DNA of 64,000 bases from the sequence record KY794643.1, one strand, 5' to 3'. The notes under the pieces are model-generated. The model did not search any database. It was not told the origin of the DNA and worked only from the letters and a program-made list of their open reading frames with translations. The DNA comes from Staphylococcus phage vB_Sau_S24. Both the position numbers and the translations under genes were made by a program. Positions 41,779 to 50,056 of the stretch are shown here, in pieces; the first letter of the stretch is position 1; each line of letters starts with the position of its first letter.

Positions 41779-42147
41779 ATGGATACAATATTTATTATAA
41801 GTGTAGCATTTATTACTTTTGCTACATTTAATATAATTTTTAGATTGTTTGATTTATGGACTACAGAGAAGAAAATGGTAAGTCAAGGACAACCACCACT
41901 AAGTAATTTTGAGTACTATCATGTGATAGTACCTTACTTAGTAGGAGTAATTGTTATTATACTAAGTATTATTTTTAGAGATTCCTTGTATTCTGCACAG
42001 TCAGGATTTGGTGTTATTATTACAAGCTTTATTTATATGCTAGTTTATGTTATGATTGGTCTTGTAGGGTCATTTATACTTACAATATTCCAAGCTAGAA
42101 AAGCTAGACAGTACCAAACACAGGAGGATAATAATGAAGTTCAATGA
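41779..42147 (+). CDS. membrane protein (3-4 TM helices)
   Basis: 122 aa, hydrophobic segments throughout. Confidence 0.45.
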   Translation: MDTIFIISVAFITFATFNIIFRLFDLWTTEKKMVSQGQPPLSNFEYYHVIVPYLVGVIVIILSIIFRDSLYSAQSGFGVIITSFIYMLVYVMIGLVGSFILTIFQARKARQYQTQEDNNEVQ

Positions 42148-42445
42148 TATTTATGAGCAACTAATTAAAAATGATACAGTACAGAACATTCATGAATCTC
42201 AAGATGATAAAGGAAATATTTATACGATACAGTTTGATAAAGGTAACGATAAGTATTTATTTAATATCATTAATGATGGTTTCTTGAAAGAAATGACAGG
42301 TGGTATGGTAGACCATCCTGAAGGTCAGCCATACTCGGTAAGTTTAATTAATAAGGAAACACCTAGTATGTCAGTGAAACAATATTTAACAGATGTAGAA
42401 GATATTGTACCTACTATTAGAAAAATGGAAAAGGATTTCTTATAG
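42134..42445 (+). CDS. hypothetical protein (103 aa)
   Basis: SD CAGGAGGA; followed by terminator-promoter cassette. Confidence 0.4.
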   Translation: MKFNDIYEQLIKNDTVQNIHESQDDKGNIYTIQFDKGNDKYLFNIINDGFLKEMTGGMVDHPEGQPYSVSLINKETPSMSVKQYLTDVEDIVPTIRKMEKDFL

Positions 42446-42472
42446 AGTCAAGTCTTTACTTGACTCTTTTTA
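42444..42472 (+). terminator. rho-independent terminator (cassette copy 1)
   Basis: AGAGTCAAG-tcttta-CTTGACTCT plus T4. Confidence 0.6.
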
Positions 42473-42488
42473 CTATATATGGTATATT
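42460..42488 (+). promoter_or_regulatory. sigma70-type promoter TTGACT-N17-TGgTATATT (terminator-promoter cassette copy 1)
   Basis: -35 is the 3' arm of terminator hairpin; -10 42483-42488 begins palindrome TATATTAATATA. Confidence 0.55.
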
Positions 42489-42508
42489 AATATAGAGGTG
42501 ACTTAAAA

Positions 42509-43045
42509 ATGGATTTTAATTTTAGTGCTTTTGATGAGAGTTCATTAGCAATGAGAATTAGTGAGGGCGTATACTATTTCAATGATACCCCTTACTACTT
42601 TATTGAGCATGTAGAGGAAGAACTATCAGAGTATGTTATTGTATATGATATACATGATAGAGAGGAAAAAGAAAATCCTCAGAAGAAATATAGAATAGAG
42701 TCTTATCAACGGACAATACCAGGAGGAACACCTCTTAGTAATTTAATTAAGAGTATGATGCCTCAACGTAAATACCCTAAGAAGGTCGTAGAAGACCCTA
42801 TATTTGTGGCTAATATTATTCCTCTAGGGGTGGATACAATAACAGGTAAAACTGGTAAAGGGTTCTTTGAGAGAGATAGGGATAGAACTATTTACTCACA
42901 GAAAGAACCAACTAAAGTAGTTCATGGTCAATACACAGGTGTTTTTATAGGTCTAACAAATGTTAAATGGAATAGAACTTACACTCCTTTAGAAAGTGTT
43001 GTAGAATACTGTAAGAGAGTCAAAGGAGATAGATTAAATGTCTAA
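42509..43045 (+). CDS. hypothetical protein (178 aa)
   Basis: own promoter 42460-42488; shares 'GQYxGxxIGL' motif with 47183 ORF. Confidence 0.4.
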   Translation: MDFNFSAFDESSLAMRISEGVYYFNDTPYYFIEHVEEELSEYVIVYDIHDREEKENPQKKYRIESYQRTIPGGTPLSNLIKSMMPQRKYPKKVVEDPIFVANIIPLGVDTITGKTGKGFFERDRDRTIYSQKEPTKVVHGQYTGVFIGLTNVKWNRTYTPLESVVEYCKRVKGDRLNV

Positions 43046-43805
43046 CGATGTAGTTAAGTTCTATGAAAAAGATATTAAAGACCTTATAAGAACTAAAAAA
43101 CACATGTTTAAAGATGACGAAATAACTAGTGATATAAATGATATACGTATCTTTAATGAGAAAGTAATCTGTCAAGGTAAGTGTAGGACAGATTGCTTAG
43201 TGTTAGACCGTAATGGTACTGTCATGGGTATAGAAATAAAGACTGAGAGAGATTCTACCCAAAGGTTAAACAACCAATTAAAGTATTACAGCTTAGTATG
43301 TAAGTATGTTTATGTAATGTGCCATGATAAACATGTACCTAAAGTAGAGCAAATACTAAAGAGATATAAGCATACTCATGTAGGTATTATGAGTTATATC
43401 AATTTTAAAGGTAAACCTGTTGTAGGTAAATATAAAGATGCTACACCATCACCACATAGAAGCCCTTACCACACAATGAATATATTATGGAAGACTAACC
43501 TTATGACAATACTTAGACTGATTAGAGACCCTCATACGTACAGAACAGGGTATAGTTATAATGCTAGTGGTAGATATAGTGGAGGTGAAGGTAACTTCTC
43601 CCAAACAACACAGAGTAAAAGAATGAAGAAACCTGCTATTATTAATCAGATAATACATTATGTAGGGGTAGATAATACCTATAAACTCTTTACAAGAGGT
43701 GTTATTTATGGTTATAATAATAGGTGGGAGGTAATAGAAGAAGATTTCTTTAATACTATGAAGAATGGGGTAAGAGTAATCAATGAGCAAAGACAAACCA
43801 AATAG
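43038..43805 (+). CDS. PD-(D/E)xK nuclease-like protein
   Basis: 255 aa; 'CRTDCLVLDRNGTVMGIEIKTERD' D...E-x-K core preceded by Cys pair. Confidence 0.4.
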   Translation: MSNDVVKFYEKDIKDLIRTKKHMFKDDEITSDINDIRIFNEKVICQGKCRTDCLVLDRNGTVMGIEIKTERDSTQRLNNQLKYYSLVCKYVYVMCHDKHVPKVEQILKRYKHTHVGIMSYINFKGKPVVGKYKDATPSPHRSPYHTMNILWKTNLMTILRLIRDPHTYRTGYSYNASGRYSGGEGNFSQTTQSKRMKKPAIINQIIHYVGVDNTYKLFTRGVIYGYNNRWEVIEEDFFNTMKNGVRVINEQRQTK

Positions 43806-44229
43806 ACGTAAAGAGATACAACATCAGCCTGTTAACTTTGCCCCTACAAATACTTTAACAGGAGCTAATAATAGTTTCTTAACTAAAAAGCCTGCAGAAC
43901 CTAAAGATACAACATCTGTTATTGAATACAGAATTCTTTTTATTAAGAGGTTCGATAATGTTACTAACACTGATGTTAAACTACAGAAAAAATATGCATT
44001 AAATCTTATTAGTGAAGCACTTGATGTTAAAGAAACTTATCTATCTCTCAAGCAAAAAGGTAAGAAAGTAGAATCTATACTTCATACAGACCGAGTATAT
44101 TATGTTCATAGAGGTAAGAAACTAATTGGTAAGTGTAGTATCAGAGAACAAAGAACTTTTAGAGGTAAACACTTAATATTTATATTCAAGACAAGACATA
44201 GAGTTAAAGCAGAAAGGAAAGATAAGTAA
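43783..44229 (+). CDS. hypothetical basic protein (148 aa)
   Basis: K/R-rich; overlaps neighbours at both ends. Confidence 0.35.
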   Translation: MSKDKPNRRKEIQHQPVNFAPTNTLTGANNSFLTKKPAEPKDTTSVIEYRILFIKRFDNVTNTDVKLQKKYALNLISEALDVKETYLSLKQKGKKVESILHTDRVYYVHRGKKLIGKCSIREQRTFRGKHLIFIFKTRHRVKAERKDK

Positions 44230-45092
44230 TGTTAAAAGGATTTTCAGAACATGTAGATAAACCTACAACGATTAAGACCTTATATAAGACACTAACAAGC
44301 GGTAAAGTAGAATTACTAGGTGTATCCTATGATAGTGATTATTTCCCTTCAGGTGTTACAGTACAAGCCTACATTGAAGATATAGGTAATGTAGATGAAG
44401 GGATTCAGTTTGTTAATAAAGTAAACGTAGTGGAATCAATGAAACAAGCTGTAGTAGGAATGAATAATCAGTTAGGTTCTTCAGGTCTTGGGTATGTTAG
44501 AACTGAACAACTTAAAAAAGAACTAGAAGAAACAGGATTAATGACAGATTTACTAGCTAGAGGTACTAACTTAACTTCTACTAAGAAAGTAGATATTGTA
44601 AGTACATTCATAGAACCTACTGTAACTTACCAAGATATTACAATAGCTAAAGATATTAAATTACGTTTATATAAATTAGAAGAGGAATCACCATTAAATA
44701 GGTATACTCATATTGTATATTTACTTACTACAGAAAAATTATATGATGGTCAAACACTATTTGGTATGTTATCTAAGAAAGATAAGTTATCTAAGGGTGA
44801 TACAGAGAAGTTATTAGCATTCTTCAGAAATAATAGTTTAATAAGTAAAAGTGTATTTTGTGTTAAGTTATTAAGTAAAGACTATCACTTCAATTTGTAT
44901 AATACACATGAGACAGGTATATTCTTTTTAGAAGATACAGATATTATTACAGTTGCTTGTGGTCAATCATATGTTAAAGTTAACACTAAAGACATTAAGT
45001 CTAGTCATGTTAAAATTGAAAATGATACTAAGAAATTAACTGAGATAGTAATTAACTTAAAAGGTGAAGATACATTAACTATTTTATTATAA
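44229..45092 (+). CDS. hypothetical protein (287 aa)
   Basis: SD GAAAGGAAAG; last gene before 358-bp non-coding gap. Confidence 0.4.
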   Translation: MLKGFSEHVDKPTTIKTLYKTLTSGKVELLGVSYDSDYFPSGVTVQAYIEDIGNVDEGIQFVNKVNVVESMKQAVVGMNNQLGSSGLGYVRTEQLKKELEETGLMTDLLARGTNLTSTKKVDIVSTFIEPTVTYQDITIAKDIKLRLYKLEEESPLNRYTHIVYLLTTEKLYDGQTLFGMLSKKDKLSKGDTEKLLAFFRNNSLISKSVFCVKLLSKDYHFNLYNTHETGIFFLEDTDIITVACGQSYVKVNTKDIKSSHVKIENDTKKLTEIVINLKGEDTLTILL

Positions 45093-45450
45093 ATATGTAG
45101 TAATTAGGTATAAATATACGGTATATAAGAGGTTTTCATAATGTTTTTAATACAGAAGCTAGTTAGGTTTTTTCTACTTACTCTAGTTTCTGTGAAATTA
45201 TATTTATGAAAAGTTAAAATATCTTTTAGGTAAAGGCTTCGTAATTAGTTAAAAAATATATTAAAATTTTATACAAAGTAGTTAATAAAATTATATTACA
45301 TTTATATATTATGAAATTATAACAGAAATTATGATATATTATATAGTGTAACCCTGAAACAGTTGATGTGGTAAGGTTTGTTTATGTTCATTAAACTGGT
45401 TTCAGAAAACCAGTTACCATAAATAAATGACAGTTAAGGAGAGCTATATA

Positions 45451-46182
45451 ATGGCTAGAAAAAAGAATTTACGAAATAAAAACAGTGATATAAAAGTTGT
45501 TCCTGATAAAGAAAAAGAGAGTATATTATCTAAACTATATCATAATAAATTACTACGCTCAAAGGTAGATAATGCATTAGATGAGGATATGAGTTATGAT
45601 GATATTATAGAACTATGTAAAGAATATGATTTAGAGTTGTCTAAATCAGCTATTACAAGATATAAGAGTAAAAGAAAAGAAGCTATTGAAAACGGTTGGG
45701 ATTTAGGAGAGTTAATTGATAAACGTAAGAAAACAAGTGTAAAAGATATTAAGGAAAAAGAAACTCCTATATTAGAAGAGGAGCAACTTTCTCCATTTGA
45801 GCAATCAAAACATCATACACAAACAATTTATGATGATATTCAAGTGTTAGATATGATTATTTCTAAAGGTGCAAAAGGGTTAGAATTTGTGGAAACTTTA
45901 GACCCTGCTTTAATGATACGTGCAATGGAAACAAAAGATAAGATTACCGGAAACCAATTAAAAGGTATGTCATTTATTGGACTTAGAGAGTTACAATTAA
46001 AACAAACAGCTCAAGATACAGCTATGAGTGAAGTATTATTAGAATTTATACCCGAAGAGAAACACGAAGAGGTATTACAACGATTAGAAGAACTACAAAA
46101 TGAATTCTACAAAAACCTAGATTTAGATGAGGAAAGTAGAAAATTAAAAGAAGCTCTTGATAGAGTAGGCTATACAATTTAG
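45451..46182 (+). CDS. putative HTH DNA-binding protein (basic N-terminus)
   Basis: start at ATG 45451 (AAGGAGAG SD) rather than track 45427; 'MSYDDIIELCKEYDLELSKSAITRYKSK' HTH-like. Confidence 0.4.
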   Translation: MARKKNLRNKNSDIKVVPDKEKESILSKLYHNKLLRSKVDNALDEDMSYDDIIELCKEYDLELSKSAITRYKSKRKEAIENGWDLGELIDKRKKTSVKDIKEKETPILEEEQLSPFEQSKHHTQTIYDDIQVLDMIISKGAKGLEFVETLDPALMIRAMETKDKITGNQLKGMSFIGLRELQLKQTAQDTAMSEVLLEFIPEEKHEEVLQRLEELQNEFYKNLDLDEESRKLKEALDRVGYTI

Positions 46183-46199
46183 ATAGTGAGGTTAGAGTA

Positions 46200-46658
46200 A
46201 TGGCAGATGAGATTAGTTTAAATCCAATACAAGATGCTAAGCCAATTGATGATATAGTAGAGATTATGACATATTTAAAAGACGGAAGAGTACTGAGAGT
46301 TAAGCAAGACAACCAAGGGGATATCCTTGTTAGAATGAGCCCAGGGAAACATAAGTTTACTGAAGTATCTAGAGACCTAGATAAAGAGTCATTCTACTAT
46401 AAAAGGCATTGGGTTCTATATAATGTATCTGTTAACTCTCTTATAACATTTGATGTTTACCTAGATGAAGAATACTCAGAAACAACTAAGGTTAAGTATC
46501 CTAAAGATACTATTGTAGAATATACAAGAGAAGACCAAGAAAAAGATGTTGCTATGATTAAAGAAATACTTACAGATAATAATGGTAATTATTTCTATGC
46601 ACTTACAGGAGAAACAATGCTCTTTGATGAAAATAAATTAAATAAAATTAAAGATTAA
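46200..46658 (+). CDS. hypothetical protein (152 aa)
   Basis: SD GTGAGG. Confidence 0.4.
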   Translation: MADEISLNPIQDAKPIDDIVEIMTYLKDGRVLRVKQDNQGDILVRMSPGKHKFTEVSRDLDKESFYYKRHWVLYNVSVNSLITFDVYLDEEYSETTKVKYPKDTIVEYTREDQEKDVAMIKEILTDNNGNYFYALTGETMLFDENKLNKIKD

Positions 46659-46660
46659 GG

Positions 46661-46689
46661 TTGACAGTTCTTAAAGTATATGATATAGT
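46661..46689 (+). promoter_or_regulatory. sigma70-type promoter TTGACA-N17-TGaTATAGT
   Basis: -35 46661-46666, -10 46684-46689. Confidence 0.55.
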
Positions 46690-46722
46690 ATATGTATACT
46701 AAAAATAAAGGAGCTAACAATT

Positions 46723-47166
46723 ATGTTTATTTCATTAAATCAAGAAGAGAAAGCATTATTAACTAAAGAGGAAAGCAAGTACACACCACTAGAAACATCA
46801 AGAGAGTTTAACACACCTAAGGAAGAATTCATTGTAACAAGTTATAATGAAGGTAAACCTTTAGATTACATTGCAAAAGAAGCTAAAGTAAGTATGGGAT
46901 TAATTTACACAGTCTTAAACTACTATAAAGTAGGTAAACGTAACAAGAAATCACCTGTAGAAGAAAAAATTGCACACATCTTAAAGGATAAAGACTTAGT
47001 TAAAGAGATTATCAAAGATTACCAGTATATGAATTTACAGGACATTTATAGTAAGTATAATCTTCATAAGAATGGTTTATATTACATCTTAGATTTATAC
47101 CATGTAGAAAGAAAATCTGAACTTAAGGACAAAGCATTAGAAGAAGATAATATTGTCGTTGAGTAA
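46723..47166 (+). CDS. hypothetical protein with tandem HTH-like repeats
   Basis: own promoter 46661-46689; 'LDYIAKEAKVSMGLIYTVL' and 'LQDIYSKYNLHKNGLYYIL'. Confidence 0.4.
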   Translation: MFISLNQEEKALLTKEESKYTPLETSREFNTPKEEFIVTSYNEGKPLDYIAKEAKVSMGLIYTVLNYYKVGKRNKKSPVEEKIAHILKDKDLVKEIIKDYQYMNLQDIYSKYNLHKNGLYYILDLYHVERKSELKDKALEEDNIVVE

Positions 47167-47182
47167 GTAAAGAGGTTATAAT

Positions 47183-47887
47183 ATGAGAAATAAAAAATCA
47201 TTTCAAGAACAGTTAAATGACATGCGTAATAAAGAGAAATGGGTATCTGAAGAGGAGTTCACTGAAGAAGTGGCTCCTACTGAAGAGCCTGAAGTAGAAG
47301 AAGGAAAACTATACACTTTAGATGAGCTAAAAGAAAACTTATTAGATGCTCAAGGATTAAAAGATGTTGTAGATAATTTTCCTGCATCTAAACCAATATA
47401 CGAGACTAATAAGCTTTATATTTGTACAATACCAAAAGGGTATCGTTCTAAAGAGGTACAACCAGGTCAATACATTGGTATCAGTATAGGATTATTATCA
47501 GAGTCAGAAGAATTTGACCATTTAAGAGGTCAAATGCCTAGAAATCTTTATGAAACTTCTCATGTTTTAAAACCTTTAGTCCGTATTAATAATACAAGTA
47601 TCGAATACCAACAACATGAGTTACTTGAAGATATTAAAGATGATAAGAAAGTATATGATGCTGAATTAGAAGAACTGAGATTAGTAACCGGAGAAGAAAT
47701 TTCTTATTTAGAGATTGTTGATAGTAAGTTTTTTGAAAGTCGTATTAATGAAGTCCTTGATTTTTACCATGAACTAACGGATTCCGATAATTTAATTAAG
47801 TATTATAGCAAATTACGAGAGTTAGTCGGAAATGATAGAATGATTTATTGTCCGCTTTTAAATAAATGTGTTAAAATTATAGAATAG
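47183..47887 (+). CDS. hypothetical protein (234 aa)
   Basis: SD AAAGAGG; 11-bp-stem terminator follows. Confidence 0.4.
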   Translation: MRNKKSFQEQLNDMRNKEKWVSEEEFTEEVAPTEEPEVEEGKLYTLDELKENLLDAQGLKDVVDNFPASKPIYETNKLYICTIPKGYRSKEVQPGQYIGISIGLLSESEEFDHLRGQMPRNLYETSHVLKPLVRINNTSIEYQQHELLEDIKDDKKVYDAELEELRLVTGEEISYLEIVDSKFFESRINEVLDFYHELTDSDNLIKYYSKLRELVGNDRMIYCPLLNKCVKIIE

Positions 47888-47893
47888 TAACTA

Positions 47894-47932
47894 GTCTCCT
47901 CTTATATTAGAACTGTAAGAGGAGACATTTTT
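47894..47932 (+). terminator. rho-independent terminator
   Basis: GTCTCCTCTTA / TAAGAGGAGAC 11-bp stem then ATTTTTG. Confidence 0.65.
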
Positions 47933-47947
47933 GTAGAGGTGTTAATT

Positions 47948-48346
47948 ATGTCAAAAAAAGCAAGTGTATTTTATATACTGGTGGTTATTGTTTTGGCTTT
48001 TTCTATCTCATCTTATTATATATCATCTTTCATGTATCACGACAAAACAAAAAACCAAGTCTCTACTGAGTTATCAAACACAGGAGAGATTAAAGAAGAA
48101 AAGAACGTAGAATTTGTTAGTGACTATACATTGAAAGAGGTTAAGGATAATAAGGCTTATTTTATGGAAACATTACCTACGTACCTTCCAGGTAGAACAG
48201 GAGATAACAGCATAGATATGAGGTACTACAAAACAAGTAGATTTAAAGAAGGGGTAAATTTCAAGCTTATTAGGGTATATACTGAAGATGGGGAAGATAA
48301 TCCAATTCATAAGTATAGGTTTGAGGCAGTACCAACCGAAAAGTAA
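47948..48346 (+). CDS. membrane-anchored/secreted protein
   Basis: start ATG 47948 (GAGGTG SD); N-terminal TM 'VFYILVVIVLAFSISSYYISSF'. Confidence 0.4.
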   Translation: MSKKASVFYILVVIVLAFSISSYYISSFMYHDKTKNQVSTELSNTGEIKEEKNVEFVSDYTLKEVKDNKAYFMETLPTYLPGRTGDNSIDMRYYKTSRFKEGVNFKLIRVYTEDGEDNPIHKYRFEAVPTEK

Positions 48347-48362
48347 TAGGGGGTGACTAAAA

Positions 48363-48425
48363 ATGACAGTACTTATTGTTGTCATCTTTATTGCTATCAT
48401 TTATTACTTATGGAACAGTGATTGA
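48363..48425 (+). CDS. 20-aa hydrophobic micropeptide (MTVLIVVIFIAIIYYLWNSD), not in ORF track
   Basis: ATG 8 nt after TAGGGGG SD; single TM-like segment; runs into terminator hairpin. Confidence 0.25.
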   Translation: MTVLIVVIFIAIIYYLWNSD

Positions 48426-48452
48426 GTCAAGTTAATTCTTGACTCTCTTTTT
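48423..48452 (+). terminator. rho-independent terminator (cassette copy 2)
   Basis: GAGTCAAG-ttaatt-CTTGACTC plus TCTTTTTG. Confidence 0.55.
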
Positions 48453-48467
48453 GTTTTATGGTATATT
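48439..48467 (+). promoter_or_regulatory. sigma70-type promoter TTGACT-N17-TGgTATATT (terminator-promoter cassette copy 2)
   Basis: same architecture and near-identical sequence as 42460-42488. Confidence 0.55.
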
Positions 48468-48492
48468 AATATATAGGAAGGAGAGATTAACT

Positions 48493-48735
48493 ATGGAAAT
48501 GGCAGATTTAGAAAGATTTGATGCATTTGTAAGACTAATTTCAGATGATGAGCTTTCGGAGGAGAGAATACTAGAGCTAAGCGTAGATTTACTAAATCCG
48601 ATACTAGAAGGAGGTACAGCTTACAAAGCTAAAAAACGTATTCAAAGTAAATTTGGTAAGTTAGAAGCAAAAAACTTCAAAAGAAATTATAAGTTCTTAC
48701 TTAAGTCGATAGCTCAAATAGACCAAAGGAGATAG
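48493..48735 (+). CDS. hypothetical protein (80 aa)
   Basis: start ATG 48493 with AGGAAGGAGAG SD; promoter 48439-48467. Confidence 0.4.
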   Translation: MEMADLERFDAFVRLISDDELSEERILELSVDLLNPILEGGTAYKAKKRIQSKFGKLEAKNFKRNYKFLLKSIAQIDQRR

Positions 48736-48739
48736 GACA

Positions 48740-49297
48740 ATGACAGAAAGGGAAAAATTAGTTAAAGATATTGATGAGGCTAATAGAGATATTCAAATCA
48801 GGTTAAAAGAAGTAGACGATTATAAGGATATTATACGCTCTAAGGGGACACGTAATTATGTATCTACAAAAGTATTAGATTCAATTATGGTAGGGTTAAT
48901 TATAAGTTTCTTTATTCTTGTGATTCTACGTGTTATTGAGTATCTTGTAACAGGTAATGCTGTTTACTCACCTTTAGCACCTGCAGTTATTATTATGTTT
49001 GTTTTAGCACTAGGAACTTGGAAAGTAAGTAAGATGAATAAAATAGTATCTTACAGGGGAAGTATAAAGATATATTGGGAGCTAAGTAATGCTGAGCAGA
49101 AACAAGCTGAGATATTTAAGTATCCGGATGATGAGGTAGATATAGTAGCAAAGCATAAGTTGAGACAAATTACTTTCAGTGAGATAAATATACTTCACTT
49201 TAAATATATGAAGTATAATAAGGCAGTAGAGAACCACACTAAATTATCTAAAGAACTTTTTAAAAAAGATAAAGAAACTGTTGACAAGAACAAATAA
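48740..49297 (+). CDS. membrane protein with N-terminal coiled-coil (185 aa)
   Basis: two central TM segments; contains promoter for next gene in its 3' end. Confidence 0.4.
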   Translation: MTEREKLVKDIDEANRDIQIRLKEVDDYKDIIRSKGTRNYVSTKVLDSIMVGLIISFFILVILRVIEYLVTGNAVYSPLAPAVIIMFVLALGTWKVSKMNKIVSYRGSIKIYWELSNAEQKQAEIFKYPDDEVDIVAKHKLRQITFSEINILHFKYMKYNKAVENHTKLSKELFKKDKETVDKNK

Positions 49298-49309
49298 GTG
49301 TAGTATAGT
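49281..49309 (+). promoter_or_regulatory. sigma70-type promoter TTGACA-N17-TATAGT inside 3' end of upstream gene
   Basis: -35 49281-49286, -10 49304-49309. Confidence 0.45.
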
Positions 49310-49332
49310 ATTACTAAAGAAGGAGAGATATT

Positions 49333-49509
49333 ATGGTTATACCTAGTATTAAAGCACAAAACAAATTCAAGAATGAGTTAGAGTATTATAAGCAGGGTCA
49401 CATTAGTGAAAGTGAAATGTTAGAATTAGCTTTTGATTACATCCAAGAATTAGAACAAAATAATGAATACGTTACAAATATGTTAGAAGAGGAGAGATAT
49501 GGTGAGTAA
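49333..49509 (+). CDS. hypothetical acidic protein (58 aa), not in ORF track
   Basis: ATG with AAGAAGGAGAG SD; promoter 49281-49309. Confidence 0.4.
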   Translation: MVIPSIKAQNKFKNELEYYKQGHISESEMLELAFDYIQELEQNNEYVTNMLEEERYGE

Positions 49510-49750
49510 ATTTATTGGAGTGTACTTATTTAATTTATTAGTAGTAGCATTAATTTATACAGTAGGGTTTTTATTCTTTTATGGTGTATCTAGTTTAGTT
49601 ATTCTTATAACACATGCTACGATTGACCCGTTTGTATTAGCTACTTTCTTAGGGATAGGATTCTTGGTTATTAGAACAGCACACAGAATTATGGTACGAG
49701 TAGTAAATGACGCAGTAGCCCAAGCCATTAAGGATAAAGAAAATGAATAA
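49499..49750 (+). CDS. small membrane protein (83 aa)
   Basis: two TM segments; SD GAGGAGAG. Confidence 0.4.
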   Translation: MVSKFIGVYLFNLLVVALIYTVGFLFFYGVSSLVILITHATIDPFVLATFLGIGFLVIRTAHRIMVRVVNDAVAQAIKDKENE

Positions 49751-49763
49751 AGGGGAATTTATT

Positions 49764-49976
49764 ATGGATAAAACATTACCAAAGTTTAGTGTATATGAAG
49801 TTATTGTAAAGACTGTAATTATGACACCTACAGAAGGAAGTTCTAACCGAGAATCATTTTACTTTTCAACCCAACAGTTAGCAGAAAGATTTGTTAAGGA
49901 AAATCAAGCGGAAACAAAAGACGGAAAGCGTGTATCTTTTTCTATTAAAGAACGTAAAGTCAATCAACCGAGCTAA
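49764..49976 (+). CDS. hypothetical protein (70 aa)
   Basis: start ATG 49764 (AAAGGGGAA SD); stop inside terminator stem. Confidence 0.4.
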   Translation: MDKTLPKFSVYEVIVKTVIMTPTEGSSNRESFYFSTQQLAERFVKENQAETKDGKRVSFSIKERKVNQPS

Positions 49977-49998
49977 CATTAATTTGTTAGCTTTTTTT
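49971..49998 (+). terminator. rho-independent terminator
   Basis: AGCTAACA-ttaattt-TGTTAGCT plus T7. Confidence 0.7.
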
Positions 49999-49999
49999 A

Positions 50000-50028
50000 T
50001 TGACAAATCGTTTTATATAGTGTATAGT
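50000..50028 (+). promoter_or_regulatory. sigma70-type promoter TTGACA-N17-TGtATAGT
   Basis: abuts terminator 49971-49998. Confidence 0.55.
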
Positions 50029-50056
50029 AATATTATACAGAAAAGGAGGAACTATT

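Noticed and set aside
45354-45408. Alternative long-range pairing CTGAAAC/GTTTCAG competing with the 45394-45415 hairpin (riboswitch-like antiterminator idea)
   Set aside because: Only 7 bp closing a 38-nt loop. The downstream hairpin lacks a U-tract, so there is no terminator to antiterminate. Kept only as a note inside the gap finding.
45340-45425. Possible tRNA or tRNA-like element in the non-coding gap (ends in ...CAGTTACCA)
   Set aside because: The 9-bp stem with 4-nt loop cannot be a T-arm, and no D-arm or anticodon arm with 7-nt loop can be drawn. The ACCA is coincidental.
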